A stretch of 64,000 nt of DNA from contig CAWEYG010000003.1 in NCBI GenBank assembly GCA_963813155.1, forward strand, positions 256,001-320,000. Reading direction: 5' to 3'. The stretch's first letter is position 1, and each line of letters opens with the position of its first letter. The notes below the pieces were generated by a model, which made no database searches, was not told the origin of the DNA, and was given only the letters and a program-made list of their open reading frames with translations. Both the position numbers and the translations under genes were made by a program. This document shows, in pieces, positions 26,484 through 36,607 of this stretch. The stretch comes from an uncultured Acidobacteriota bacterium (GTDB taxonomy: Bacteria; Acidobacteriota; Thermoanaerobaculia; UBA5066; DATFVB01).

Positions 26484-27503
26484 ATGGGCCAACTCACGCA
26501 GGATCAGCGGTTGGAGCTGTACCGGTTCATGCGGATGAACCGCGTCGTGGAAGAGCGGCTCGTCAACCTCTACCGGCAGGGGAAAGTCGTCGGCGGCCTG
26601 TACCGTTCGCTCGGCCAGGAAGCCACCTCCGTGGGAAGCGCGTTCGCGCTCGAGGACGGAGACGTCCTGAGCCCGCTCATCCGCAACCTGGGATCGGTTC
26701 TCGTGCGGGGGTTCGCTCCGCGAGAGCTCTTCGCGCAATATCTCGCGCGCCAGACCTCCCCTTCCGGAGGCAAAGACGGAAACCTCCACTTCGCGTCCCT
26801 CGACCGCGGCGTGATCGGGCCGATTTCGATGCTGGGAGAGCTCATTCCGATCATGGCGGGCGTCGCCCTCGCCGCGCGCATGCAGCGGAGAAAAACCGTC
26901 TGCCTCACTTACATCGGAGACGGCGCGACCTCGACCGGCCCTTTCCACGAGGGAATGAATTTCGCATCCGTGCAGAAACTTCCCCTTGTCGTCGTGGGCG
27001 AGAACAACCACTGGGCCTACTCGACGCCGATCTCCCGGCAGATGGCGTGCGCGAACCTGGCGGACCGCGCGAAAGCCTACGGAATCCCGAGCGCGATCGT
27101 CGATGGCAACGACGTGGAAGCGGTCCACGCCGCGACCCGGGAAGCGGTCGACCGGGCCCGGCGGGGCGAGGGCGTCACGTTTCTCGAGGCCGTCACCTAC
27201 CGGATGAAGGGCCACGCCGAGCACGACGCACAGGAGTACGTCGACCCGGGCGAGCTCGAGGAATGGAAGAAGAGAGATCCGATCGACCGCTATGCCGAAA
27301 GCCTCGTCGCGGGGCGATTCGCGTCCGCGGACGAACTGCGCCGCATCGACGAGAGAGTGGCAGCGCTCGTCGACGAGGACCTGCAGAAGGCCGAGGCGGA
27401 TCCGCTTCCCGACCCGCTTGAGGCGCTCCGGAACGTTTACGCGGAGCGCCCCGCCGACGCGGAGCGGTCCGCGCTCCGTTACGCGGACGAGAGGGCTCAT
27501 TGA
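26484..27503 (+). CDS. 2-oxoacid dehydrogenase E1 alpha subunit
   Basis: TPP motif GDGATSTGPFHEGMN..ENN and YRMKGH. Confidence 0.9.
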   Translation: MGQLTQDQRLELYRFMRMNRVVEERLVNLYRQGKVVGGLYRSLGQEATSVGSAFALEDGDVLSPLIRNLGSVLVRGFAPRELFAQYLARQTSPSGGKDGNLHFASLDRGVIGPISMLGELIPIMAGVALAARMQRRKTVCLTYIGDGATSTGPFHEGMNFASVQKLPLVVVGENNHWAYSTPISRQMACANLADRAKAYGIPSAIVDGNDVEAVHAATREAVDRARRGEGVTFLEAVTYRMKGHAEHDAQEYVDPGELEEWKKRDPIDRYAESLVAGRFASADELRRIDERVAALVDEDLQKAEADPLPDPLEALRNVYAERPADAERSALRYADERAH

Positions 27504-28474
27504 GCGGAACGACGTACGTCGAGGCGATTCACGACGCGCTCTGGGAAGAGATGGAGCGGGACGACCGGGTTTTCATCCTCGGAGAGGACGTCGGCGTCTA
27601 CGGCGGGGCGTTTCGCGCGACCGCCGGAATGGCGGAGCGATTCGGGAGGGAGCGGGTCCTCGACACGCCGATCTCGGAGGACGCGATCGTGGGGGCGGCG
27701 ATCGGCGCCGCGATGATGGGGCTGCGGCCCGTCGCCGAGATGCAGTTCATGGACTTCATCGCGTGCGCCTTCGACCCGATCACGAACTTCGCCGCGAAAT
27801 CCCGATACCGCACCGGCGTGGGGATTCCGATCGTCGTTCGCGGCCCCTCCGGAGGCGGAGTCCACGGCGGGCCCTTCCACTCTCAGAATCCGGAGGCCTA
27901 TTTCACCCACACGCCCGGCCTGAAGGTCGTTCAGCCGGCCACGGCGTACGACGCGAAGGGGCTGCTCAAGGCCGCGATCCGCGACGAGGACCCGGTGATT
28001 TTCTTCGAGCACAAATATCTGTACCGGCGGATCCGCGAGGAGATCCCGGCCGGGGACTTCGTCGTCCCGATCGGGAAGGCCCGCATCGCCCGGCCGGGGC
28101 GCGACCTCTCGATCATCACCTACGGAGCGATGGTCTGGGTCGCCCTCGACGCCGCTCGCCAGCTCGAAACGGAGGGCATCGACTGCGAAGTGATCGACCT
28201 TCGCACGTTGCTCCCGCTCGACGACGAGACCGTCTTCGAATCCGTCGGAAAGACGAACAAGGCCCTCGTCCTGCACGAAGACACGCTGACCGGCGGCGTC
28301 GGGGCGGAAATCTCGGCGCGCCTCGCCGAAAAATGCTTCGACAAGCTCGACGGACCGATCCTCCGCGTCACCGCCCCCGACACTCCGGTTCCGTTTTCTC
28401 CTCCGATGGAGGAGTTTTTCCTTCCGAATGCCGAAAAAGTCGCCCGCGCGGCCCGAGCGCTGGCGGGGTACTGA
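27500..28474 (+). CDS. 2-oxoacid dehydrogenase E1 beta subunit
   Basis: GEDVGVYGG, DTPISE, EMQFMDF, HSQNPE and FFEHKYLY motifs. Confidence 0.9.
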   Translation: MSGTTYVEAIHDALWEEMERDDRVFILGEDVGVYGGAFRATAGMAERFGRERVLDTPISEDAIVGAAIGAAMMGLRPVAEMQFMDFIACAFDPITNFAAKSRYRTGVGIPIVVRGPSGGGVHGGPFHSQNPEAYFTHTPGLKVVQPATAYDAKGLLKAAIRDEDPVIFFEHKYLYRRIREEIPAGDFVVPIGKARIARPGRDLSIITYGAMVWVALDAARQLETEGIDCEVIDLRTLLPLDDETVFESVGKTNKALVLHEDTLTGGVGAEISARLAEKCFDKLDGPILRVTAPDTPVPFSPPMEEFFLPNAEKVARAARALAGY

Positions 28475-28485
28475 AAGGAGACTCG

Positions 28486-29871
28486 ATGGCCACCGATGTC
28501 ATCATGCCGCAGATGGGCGAGTCGATCGCCGAAGGCACGATCACGAAATGGATCAAGAACGTCGGCGACTCGGTCGCGCGCGACGAACCGCTCTTCGAGA
28601 TCTCGACCGACAAGGTCGACGCGGAGATTCCCTCGCCCGCCGCGGGCACCTTGCTCGAGATCCTCGTTCAGCCGGGCCAGACCGTCGGCGTGAATTCGGT
28701 CGTGGGGCGAATCGGAGAATCCGGCGAAAAGCCGGCCGTAAAGCCCGAGCCGCCCCCCGCGGAGGCGCCGAAGGCGGCCTCCCCGGAGCCGCCCAAAGCG
28801 GCGCCCGCGACGCCCGCCGAGGCCCCAAAGGCCGCGGCTCCCGCTGCCCCGAAGCCCGCCGAGAGTCGGGAAGCCCCGAAGGCGGCGGAGGCGGCCCCGG
28901 CAACTCCGGCACCGGCCGCTTCGGCGCCGTCGTCCTTCGAGGAGAGGATCCGGACGAGGTCCTCGCCCCTCGTGCGGAAGATCGCCGCGGAAAACGAGAT
29001 CCCCATCGGCGAGGTCGAAGGAACGGGGATCGCCGGACGCGTGACGAAGAACGACATCCTGTCCTTCATCGACAATCGCAAGGCCGCCCCGCGACCGAAG
29101 CCCGCTCCGGCAGCCGCCCCCGCGGCGGCCCCGGCGGCCCCGCCGGCTCCGGCCCCTCGCGCCGCCCGGGACGAAGTCGTCGCCATGTCGGTCATGCGGC
29201 GCAAGATCGCCGAGAGGATGGTCGAGTCCCGCCGCACGTCGGCGCACGTCGCGACGGTCTTTTCGATCGACTACAGCGCGATCGACCGCCTCCGCCAGGC
29301 GAACAAGGAATCGTTCCTCGCGGCCAACGGCGTGAAGCTGACGTTTCTGCCGTTCATCTTCCAGGCCATCACTTCCGCGCTCAAGAAATATCCCGAGCTC
29401 AACGCCTCCATCGACGGGGAGGACATCGTCTATCACCGCGACGTTCACCTCGGAATGGCCGTCGCGCTCGACTGGGGCCTGATCGTCCCGGTGATCAAGA
29501 ACGCCGACGAGAAGTCGATCCTCGGTCTGGCGCGGGCGAGCCAGGACCTCGCGGAGCGAGCGCGGTCGAAGAAACTCAAGCCGGAGGAGGTCGCCGGAGG
29601 AACGTTCACCGTGACGAACCCGGGAGTCTACGGGTCGCTCTTCGGCACGCCGATCATCGTTCAGCCGCAGGTCGCGATCCTGGGCGTCGGCGCGATCGAG
29701 AAGCGGCCGGTCGTCGTCACGGACGCGAACGGAAACGATTCGCTCGGGGTTCGCACGATGGGTTACCTCGCGTTGTCGTTCGACCACCGGCTGATTGACG
29801 GCGCGGTGGCCGACCAGTTCATGGCGGAGGTCAAGAAGACGCTGGAATCCGGCAGCTTCTCCCTCGCCTGA
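28486..29871 (+). CDS. Dihydrolipoamide acyltransferase E2
   Basis: Lipoyl motif STDKVDAE, Ala/Pro linker, E3-binding SPLVRKIA and FDHRLIDG. Confidence 0.9.
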   Translation: MATDVIMPQMGESIAEGTITKWIKNVGDSVARDEPLFEISTDKVDAEIPSPAAGTLLEILVQPGQTVGVNSVVGRIGESGEKPAVKPEPPPAEAPKAASPEPPKAAPATPAEAPKAAAPAAPKPAESREAPKAAEAAPATPAPAASAPSSFEERIRTRSSPLVRKIAAENEIPIGEVEGTGIAGRVTKNDILSFIDNRKAAPRPKPAPAAAPAAAPAAPPAPAPRAARDEVVAMSVMRRKIAERMVESRRTSAHVATVFSIDYSAIDRLRQANKESFLAANGVKLTFLPFIFQAITSALKKYPELNASIDGEDIVYHRDVHLGMAVALDWGLIVPVIKNADEKSILGLARASQDLAERARSKKLKPEEVAGGTFTVTNPGVYGSLFGTPIIVQPQVAILGVGAIEKRPVVVTDANGNDSLGVRTMGYLALSFDHRLIDGAVADQFMAEVKKTLESGSFSLA

Positions 29872-29875
29872 GCCG

Positions 29876-31108
29876 TTGCCGGAAAAGAGGGATCGGGCGC
29901 TACTCTTCGCCGTCGCGTTCGCGGCCCGCCTCGCGGCAGCCGCCGCGCGCGGCCTGCTCTCGGTCCGGTTCGGGGACTCGCTCGCGTACGTCAGTGCGGC
30001 CCAGAGGCTCGTCCGGGAGGGCTCGTACCCGGGCAACACGGACCGGTTCTTCTTTCGGGCGCCCGGATATCCCTTCTTCCTCGCCGCCAGCACGCTCGGC
30101 CATCCCGGGTGGATCGCGCTGGACAAGGTCTGGAATGCGCTTCTCGGCGCCCTGTTCGTCGTCGTCCTCGCAGCGATCGCCCGCCGCGTGTTCGCGAGCC
30201 GGGAAGTCGCGCTCGCGGTCGGGGGAATCGCGGCCCTCCATCCCCCGTTTCTCTTTCTCGGTTCCCAGATCCAGAGCGAGCCGCTGTACCTCGTGCTCGC
30301 GGCGGCCGCGGGCTTTCTCCTGCTCGTGTGCGTCGACCGGCCGTCCTCGGGAATGGGCCTGCTCGCCGGCGGTTCTCTCGCCCTCGCGTCCCTCGTTCGC
30401 CCTTCCGCCCTCGTCCTTTTCCCGCTGCTCGCCGCTCCCCTGTTCGATCGGCGCTACCCCCCGAGGGTGCGCCGGGCGCTCGCGGGCTCCGCGGTGCTCG
30501 GCTTCTGCCTCGCTCTCGCGCCCTGGACGCTGCGAAACGCCGTCCGCTTCCACGCGGTCCTGCCGGTCAACGACGAGGCAGGGTTTACGTTCTACCAGGG
30601 AAACAGCGATTGGAACGTTCGGTTCTACCGGCTCCGGTCGGGCGACGACTACCGAAAATGGATCGCGGAGATGAATCTCGCGATGCAAAGCCGATGGGGA
30701 TCCGACATCCCGGGGCTCGCGGACCCGAACCCCTCGCGGCGATCCTTCGCGCTCGCGGCGGCGGGCATTCGCTGGGCGCGAGCTCACCCGCGGGAAGAGG
30801 CCTGGCTGCTGGGAAAGAAAGCGCTGGAGTGGCTCCGTCCCGGCGCGAGCCCTCTCGTTCGAAGCCGGACGGTCGTCGCGCTGACGACGATCTACTACGG
30901 AGCTCTTTTTCTCGTGGCGGCCGTCGGCCTCGCGACCGCGCGGCGGCGCGGAATCGTCGGCTTCTGCATCGCAACGCTCGCGATCACCATGGCCCTCCAC
31001 GTGGCGCTCCTCGTTCTCCTCCGGTATCGAATGGCGTCGTGGGATCCGATCTTGATTCTGTACGCTCCGTCGGGCATCCTTCGGGTCCTCGGGGGAATTC
31101 GCCGTTGA
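29876..31108 (+). CDS. GT-C fold membrane glycosyltransferase (ArnT/PMT-like; start approximate)
   Basis: Many TM segments; GDSLAY, RAPGYPFFL, QSEPL and PWTLRN motifs. Confidence 0.7.
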   Translation: MPEKRDRALLFAVAFAARLAAAAARGLLSVRFGDSLAYVSAAQRLVREGSYPGNTDRFFFRAPGYPFFLAASTLGHPGWIALDKVWNALLGALFVVVLAAIARRVFASREVALAVGGIAALHPPFLFLGSQIQSEPLYLVLAAAAGFLLLVCVDRPSSGMGLLAGGSLALASLVRPSALVLFPLLAAPLFDRRYPPRVRRALAGSAVLGFCLALAPWTLRNAVRFHAVLPVNDEAGFTFYQGNSDWNVRFYRLRSGDDYRKWIAEMNLAMQSRWGSDIPGLADPNPSRRSFALAAAGIRWARAHPREEAWLLGKKALEWLRPGASPLVRSRTVVALTTIYYGALFLVAAVGLATARRRGIVGFCIATLAITMALHVALLVLLRYRMASWDPILILYAPSGILRVLGGIRR

Positions 31109-31797
31109 AGACCGTCGACGTTCGGCAGCTCGGAAGGATCGAATACGGGCGCGCGCTCGCGCTGCAGGCCGAAGCGGCCGAGCGGTGCCGTTCCTCCGGA
31201 GCGGAGACGCTGTTCCTCCTCGAGCACGATCCCGTCTACACGCTCGGACGAAACGCCGATCCGGGCGAGATCCTCTTCACGCCGGGCCGCCGCGCGGAGC
31301 TCGGAATTTCCCTCTACGAAACGGACCGCGGGGGCCGGGCTACCTACCACGGTCCGGGGCAGCTCGTCGGCTACCCGATCCTCGACCTTTCGCCCGACCG
31401 GCGCGACGTCCGCCGATACGTCCGGGACCTCGAAGAATCGCTCATCCGGACGCTCGCCGAATTCGGAATCGAGGGAAAGCGAAGCCCGTTGAAAGACCGC
31501 GTCACCTCCGTCTGGGTCGGCAACGACAAGATCGCCGCGATCGGGGTTCACCTCTCGCGGTGGATCACGACGCACGGCTTCGCCCTGAACGTGGCGACGA
31601 ACCTGGAGCATTTCCTCGGAATCATTCCGTGCGGAATCACGGACGGCGGCGTGACTTCGATGGAACGCGTTCTCGGCCGCCGCGTCGACCCGGCGGAAGT
31701 CGGCCGCGCCTTTCTCGGACATTTCGCGGAGATCTTCGGGCGGCGGATTTCCGCCCCGGCGCGCGAGCTCAGCGCACCATTCGCCGGATCGTCTTGA
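31105..31797 (+). CDS. lipB: Octanoyltransferase
   Basis: LLEHDPVYTLGR, DRGGRATYHGPGQLVGYP, KIAAIG, HGFALN and IIPCGI motifs. Confidence 0.9.
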   Translation: MKTVDVRQLGRIEYGRALALQAEAAERCRSSGAETLFLLEHDPVYTLGRNADPGEILFTPGRRAELGISLYETDRGGRATYHGPGQLVGYPILDLSPDRRDVRRYVRDLEESLIRTLAEFGIEGKRSPLKDRVTSVWVGNDKIAAIGVHLSRWITTHGFALNVATNLEHFLGIIPCGITDGGVTSMERVLGRRVDPAEVGRAFLGHFAEIFGRRISAPARELSAPFAGSS

Positions 31798-32233
31798 CCG
31801 CCGCGTAGCGCTCGGCGATGTGCGGATCGTACGGCTTGTGCCGGGGGTTCGCCGCGACGTCGCGGTATTCCGCGTCGCAGCGGTAGCAGATCGTCACGGG
31901 ACCGATCCGCCAGGCCAGCACCCAGTCGACGAGCACCGTCGCGAGCAGGACCGGCGTGAAATAGATCCAGCCGTATTTCCACCCGATCGCGAGCGCGAGG
32001 CCGAGCGAAGCCGCCATGATCGCGCAGCCGACCCGCTGGTCGAAATCCCTCTGGACGAAGAACGCCCGGTTGCCGCAGAACCCGCATCGGTCCACGAGGT
32101 TCGACGCGAGCTCGGCCGGAGTCGGCTCGAACGTCCACGCTGTCGCGCACTTCTCGCAGACGCCGGAGGAAGCGGCCGGCGTCCCGAGATCGTTCCGGCG
32201 GAAACAGGACGGACAGTATCGCCGGATCTTCAC
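31769..32233 (-). CDS. Zinc-ribbon membrane protein, hypothetical
   Basis: Four CxxC pairs flanking two TM helices. Confidence 0.6.
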   Translation of the reverse strand: MKIRRYCPSCFRRNDLGTPAASSGVCEKCATAWTFEPTPAELASNLVDRCGFCGNRAFFVQRDFDQRVGCAIMAASLGLALAIGWKYGWIYFTPVLLATVLVDWVLAWRIGPVTICYRCDAEYRDVAANPRHKPYDPHIAERYAAVKTIRRMVR

Positions 32234-32982
32234 GCCGGAAATCCGGTGAGAACCGTCAGGTAAGCCGAGAGGAGCTCGCCGATCAGGACGAAAATGAGCG
32301 CGACGTACAGAAGGCCCGTTGCGGCCTGGTTCGAGCGCATCTTCGAGGTCTGGAAGATGAAGTACGAAAGCGCGAGCGGGCCGACGATTCCCCAGACGAT
32401 CCGAAACAGAAAGAACAGCCCCTCGCGATCGACCGAAGTGAGCGCCTCCCAGGCGGCCGCTTTCGGGGGCTTCGCCGCGACGGCCGCGAGAAAGCCCGCG
32501 CGCGCGAGGCAGGCGGCGGCATAGGAGACGGCCGCGCGAAACAGCAGCGACAGCGGAAGCGACCGCGACACGAGGTACCAGTGGCCGAGATTCATCGTGA
32601 GCAGGACGGTCCCGAAGAGGATCGAGCCGAGCGCCGCGCCGGCCGCGATCCATCCTGCCGCCGCCGGGTCGATCGAACGGGCGAAGGAGGCGAGGATCCA
32701 GAACTGGCCGGCCGCGGCGGCGAGAAGCAGGGCCCTCGCGCCGCCCATCCGGCCGATCCGGGCCAACAGCGTGTACAGGGCGAGCAGGGCGATGCAGACG
32801 CCGCCGGCGGGACCGATCTCGCGCGGCGAGACGGCCGCGGCGAGAGCCAGCGCGACAAAGGCGATCAAGCCGTGGAGGGCGAAAAACCCCTTGCCGAGCA
32901 AGCGCGTCGGGTAGAACGCGAGCAGCAGAGAGATCCCGGCCGACATCTCGACGAGGAAGAGGCCGAGGGAACGAATGACCAT
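32230..32982 (-). CDS. Polytopic membrane protein, hypothetical
   Basis: About 8 TM segments; MNLGHWYL and SNQAATGLLY motifs. Confidence 0.6.
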   Translation of the reverse strand: MVIRSLGLFLVEMSAGISLLLAFYPTRLLGKGFFALHGLIAFVALALAAAVSPREIGPAGGVCIALLALYTLLARIGRMGGARALLLAAAAGQFWILASFARSIDPAAAGWIAAGAALGSILFGTVLLTMNLGHWYLVSRSLPLSLLFRAAVSYAAACLARAGFLAAVAAKPPKAAAWEALTSVDREGLFFLFRIVWGIVGPLALSYFIFQTSKMRSNQAATGLLYVALIFVLIGELLSAYLTVLTGFPA

Positions 32983-32994
32983 CGGTCGCCGCGG

Positions 32995-34366
32995 TCAGCG
33001 GACCGTTTTCTTCGGGGCCGGGGGCGGGGGCGCTGCGGCCGCGGGGACCTTCTTTTCCGCGGCGACGACCTTTTCGATGTCCGCGCTCGGCACGAGGAGC
33101 GCGGCGGGCCGGCCGGAGACCTCGACGGCGACGCGGCCCGGGGTCTCCGGCCGCACGGCCGCGGAGATCGTTTCCCCCGTGGTCAGGCCGATCTTCCAGC
33201 TCGCGGTTTCGGGCTGGCTCGCGAGGCCGCGGGTCGCGGCTTCGGCGAGGAAGTCCTTCGCGTCCAGAGCGGCGATCGCGGTGAGCACGTCTTCGACGGC
33301 CTGCGCCGGAATCGTCTTCCCGCCTTCTTTCCATTCCGCGCCGTCTTTCCGGACGGACCGGCTCGTCTCCCCGGTCTTGAAGTCGAGCTGGCGAACGGCG
33401 GGCGTCTCGAAGCGGGCGACCTTCGTCTCCCTGTACGCATCCGCCTCCTTCGACAGCTCGTCGGTCAGCGTGGCCTCGATCGCGAAAGCCTGATCGCCGC
33501 AACGGGCGTAGACGGACTTGCCGTCCGAGCGGGTGGCGCCGACTTCGAGCACGACCGGCTTCCGGGAGACCGTCATCGTCACGGTGTAAATCGGGGGCGC
33601 GAGACCGTCGCCGCCGAGGTCGGCCTTCGAAATCTTCAGAAATTCCGTGACGTTCGCGGCGAGGAGGTCCTCGATCAGGCGCGTCACGGGGGCGGAAGCC
33701 GCGAGGTCCGTCTCCGGCCGCGTCATCCACCACGATGTCCTTCCGCTTCTCGAAATCGATCCGGCCCCGCCCGCGGAGGATCGACAGCTGGCCGACGTCG
33801 GCGCTCGAGCCCGAAAAGACCTTCTTGCTCTTGTACTCGTCGACCGGCTTCAACAGGTCCGCGGCGAGGCTCGAGCGGAGGAAAACCGTCCGGTTCTCCC
33901 CTTTCACGCGCGCCGCGACGGTGTCGGTCCCCGGGATCTCCTTTCCGATCGAGAGCGTGTGGATCTCGCCCTTCTTTTTCGGCGCCTTCGAGTCGGCCGA
34001 GGTGATCGTCACGACCGCCCGGGGCGTCACGAGGCCGTAGTCCGGCTCGTTCGCGGCGGCCGGCGCCTCTCCTTCCCGGGGCGGCTTCGCGAGGTCGAAG
34101 ACGAGCGACGAGAGCGATCCGCCGTCGGCCGGGTACGATTCCGGCCGCACCATCTTCCAATCCCCGGGAGGAGTCCTCGAAAACTCGAGACCGGGGCCGT
34201 CCCGCATGATCTCGATCTTCGCGATGTCGCCCTCGGCGACCTGCCACAGCACGTCTCCCCGGTCGAGCCGCTCCTGGGTCGTGGGCATCCGCCTCTCGAG
34301 GACCAGGATGAACACGAGAAGAACGGCGAGAATGCCGGTCAGGAGCCCGAGGCGGCGAAGCGTCAT
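32995..34366 (-). CDS. DUF4340 domain protein (frameshift near 33730)
   Basis: N-terminal TM and repeated W(M/K)..P..YPAD / DYGL..P units; typical partner of Gld-type ABC systems. Confidence 0.7.
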
Positions 34367-34391
34367 TTCCTGCTGTTTCCGCTGCGGGGCA

Positions 34392-35873
34392 CTAGCTGCG
34401 CCTCTTCGTCCAGACCACGATGCCGGCCAGGATCGCGAGCCCGGGAATTCCGAAGAGACAGAGCAGGCCGACTCTCTTGAGCGTCGACGCCGAGATCGTG
34501 AGCGACGTCTGCTCCATCGACTTCGGGGCGATCCCGACGAGCTCCGTGTTGCCGATCAGCCAGTGCGCCGTGTTCAGGAACAGGTTCGCGTTCGAAACGT
34601 TCTGCAGCTCGCCGTTGCAGGCGAAATCGGAATCGCCGAAGACGGCCAGGCGCGCGCCGGCCGCCGGGTCCGGCCCCGCCGTCGCGGCGGACGCCGAGCG
34701 GGAAATGGCGACCGCGAGGGTCACGGGAGCGGCGACGTCGTTGGCGTCCTTCTTGACGGCCGACAGGTTCTGAAGATCGGTCTCGCCCCACCCGTCCGGC
34801 GTGGTCTGGAGAAGGGGCGTCGCGGTGAACCCGGCGTGCGTCGCCGTCCCCGGCTGCACCGAACGGGCGAGCGGAAGGATGACGGCCGTCTTCGCGGAAT
34901 CGAGCGGCGCCACGATTTCATGGGACCCGAAATGGTTCACGTAGACCGTCTCCGCGCCGATGAAGGGAAGCGTGTTCCCCGGGTCGACGACGATGTCGGT
35001 GTCGAGCTTCGCGCCCCAGGCCGCGAGCAGGGTCGAGAGCCCGAGGTCCGCGGGCGGGCCGGCGGGCCGCGGAAGAATCGGGTCGATCAGGAAGAGGACG
35101 TGTCCTCCCCCGGCAAGGTATCGGTCGAGCGCGTCGCGCTCGGGCTGCAGCAGGGCCGTCTGCGGCCCCGCGAGGACGACGAGGTCCGCGTCGGACGGAA
35201 CGACGGCCCTGCCGAGCGAATCCCACGTGGCGGCCGTGTCGTTGTCCTTGCCGAGAAGGTCCTTGACCTCCGAGAGGCCGCGCTCGCCGGAGTCGTCGAT
35301 CGCCTTCTCGCCGTGCCCCGACATGAAGTAGATCTTCGGCGACCGCTGCGAGGTGACCGCCAGAATCGCAGACGTGAAGGCCTGCTCGCCCTTGAAGTTC
35401 TTGAGGCCGCCGGGCTGGCCGGGGCCTCCCGAGAAGTCCATGTCTCCGAGCTGGTCCTCCGTCACGTACTTCTTCTTCGCCCCCGACTTGAACACGATCG
35501 TGTTCTGGCGCACGTTGTATTCGGACACGAGCGCCTGCGCGCGGGCGAGGTTGCGGCGGGGATCCAGGTGCTCGATCCGGATCATCGCCGGCGAGAGCTT
35601 CTTGTACCGCTCGAGCAGCTCGTTGACTTCCGGGTAGGTGCGGGACTCGCGGCTCATGAAGACGGTCACGTCGACGGGAGTTTTGACTTTCGCGACGATC
35701 TTCTTCGTCGTGTCCGAAAGCGAATAGATCTTCGCCCGCGTCCAGTCGCCGCGGGACCAGTGGCGATAGCCGAGGTAGTTGACGAGAACGAAGATCGCCG
35801 CGACGATCGCGACGGATCCGGAGAAGATCCCGGCGCTCGCGGCGCGCCGGCGGCCTCCGAGAGTGGTCTTCAT
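34392..35873 (-). CDS. GldG-like ABC transporter auxiliary component
   Basis: DWTRAKIYSLSDTT, YFMSGHGE, LAVFGDSDF and NANLFLN motifs; C-terminal TM. Confidence 0.8.
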   Translation of the reverse strand: MKTTLGGRRRAASAGIFSGSVAIVAAIFVLVNYLGYRHWSRGDWTRAKIYSLSDTTKKIVAKVKTPVDVTVFMSRESRTYPEVNELLERYKKLSPAMIRIEHLDPRRNLARAQALVSEYNVRQNTIVFKSGAKKKYVTEDQLGDMDFSGGPGQPGGLKNFKGEQAFTSAILAVTSQRSPKIYFMSGHGEKAIDDSGERGLSEVKDLLGKDNDTAATWDSLGRAVVPSDADLVVLAGPQTALLQPERDALDRYLAGGGHVLFLIDPILPRPAGPPADLGLSTLLAAWGAKLDTDIVVDPGNTLPFIGAETVYVNHFGSHEIVAPLDSAKTAVILPLARSVQPGTATHAGFTATPLLQTTPDGWGETDLQNLSAVKKDANDVAAPVTLAVAISRSASAATAGPDPAAGARLAVFGDSDFACNGELQNVSNANLFLNTAHWLIGNTELVGIAPKSMEQTSLTISASTLKRVGLLCLFGIPGLAILAGIVVWTKRRS

Positions 35874-36607
35874 TGTCCTTTTTTCACCTCGAGAGTCGCC
35901 TGCGCCAGAAACAGGAATCCCGCGGCGGCGGAGACGTAGTACACGACGTGCCGGGTGTCGACGACCCCGCGCGCGAACTCCTCCATGTGGTCCCAGATCG
36001 TGACGTAGCTCAGGAAATCGCGCCACGACGGCTCGTTCGCGAGCGACTGGAGCAGCCCCGCGGAGAACACGATCAGGATCATCACGAACCCGAGGATCGC
36101 GGCGATGATCTGGTTCTTGGACAGGCTCGACGCGAACGTGCCGATCGCGAGGAAGTAGGCCCCGAGCAGGAGCACCGCGAGGAGGCTCGACGCGACGATT
36201 CGCAGGTCGATCGTCGCGAACTTCTCGAGGATGAGGGCGTAGAGAACGACGGGCGCCCAGAGCACGGCGTAGAACAGAAACGCGGCCGTGAACTTGCCGA
36301 GGATGATCGTTCCCGAGGTGACCGGCGAAGTCAGCAGCGTCTCGATGGAGCCCGATTTCCTCTCTTCGGAGATGAGCCGCATCGTGATCACGGGAATGAA
36401 GAAGATCATGAAGATCCAGAAGAACGTGTTGTTGAACAGGATCCCGAGCGGCTGCATCGAGCGGGCCCCCGGCTGGCTCAGGAATCCGAGGATCGTCGAG
36501 AAGATGAATCCGTTGAGGAACCAGAAGGCGGCCAGGATGATGTACCCGAGCGGCGAGTAGAAATACGCGAGCCACTCGCGCTTCACGATCGCGAAGAACT
36601 TCCTCAT
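35870..36607 (-). CDS. GldF-like ABC-2 permease
   Basis: KREWLAYFYSPLGY, MRLISEERKSGSIETLLTSP and SKNQIIAA motifs. Confidence 0.85.
   Translation of the reverse strand: MRKFFAIVKREWLAYFYSPLGYIILAAFWFLNGFIFSTILGFLSQPGARSMQPLGILFNNTFFWIFMIFFIPVITMRLISEERKSGSIETLLTSPVTSGTIILGKFTAAFLFYAVLWAPVVLYALILEKFATIDLRIVASSLLAVLLLGAYFLAIGTFASSLSKNQIIAAILGFVMILIVFSAGLLQSLANEPSWRDFLSYVTIWDHMEEFARGVVDTRHVVYYVSAAAGFLFLAQATLEVKKGQ

Noticed and set aside
28740-29165. Tandem-like GCC/CCG repeats
   Set aside because: Ordinary Ala/Pro-rich linkers of the E2 subunit.
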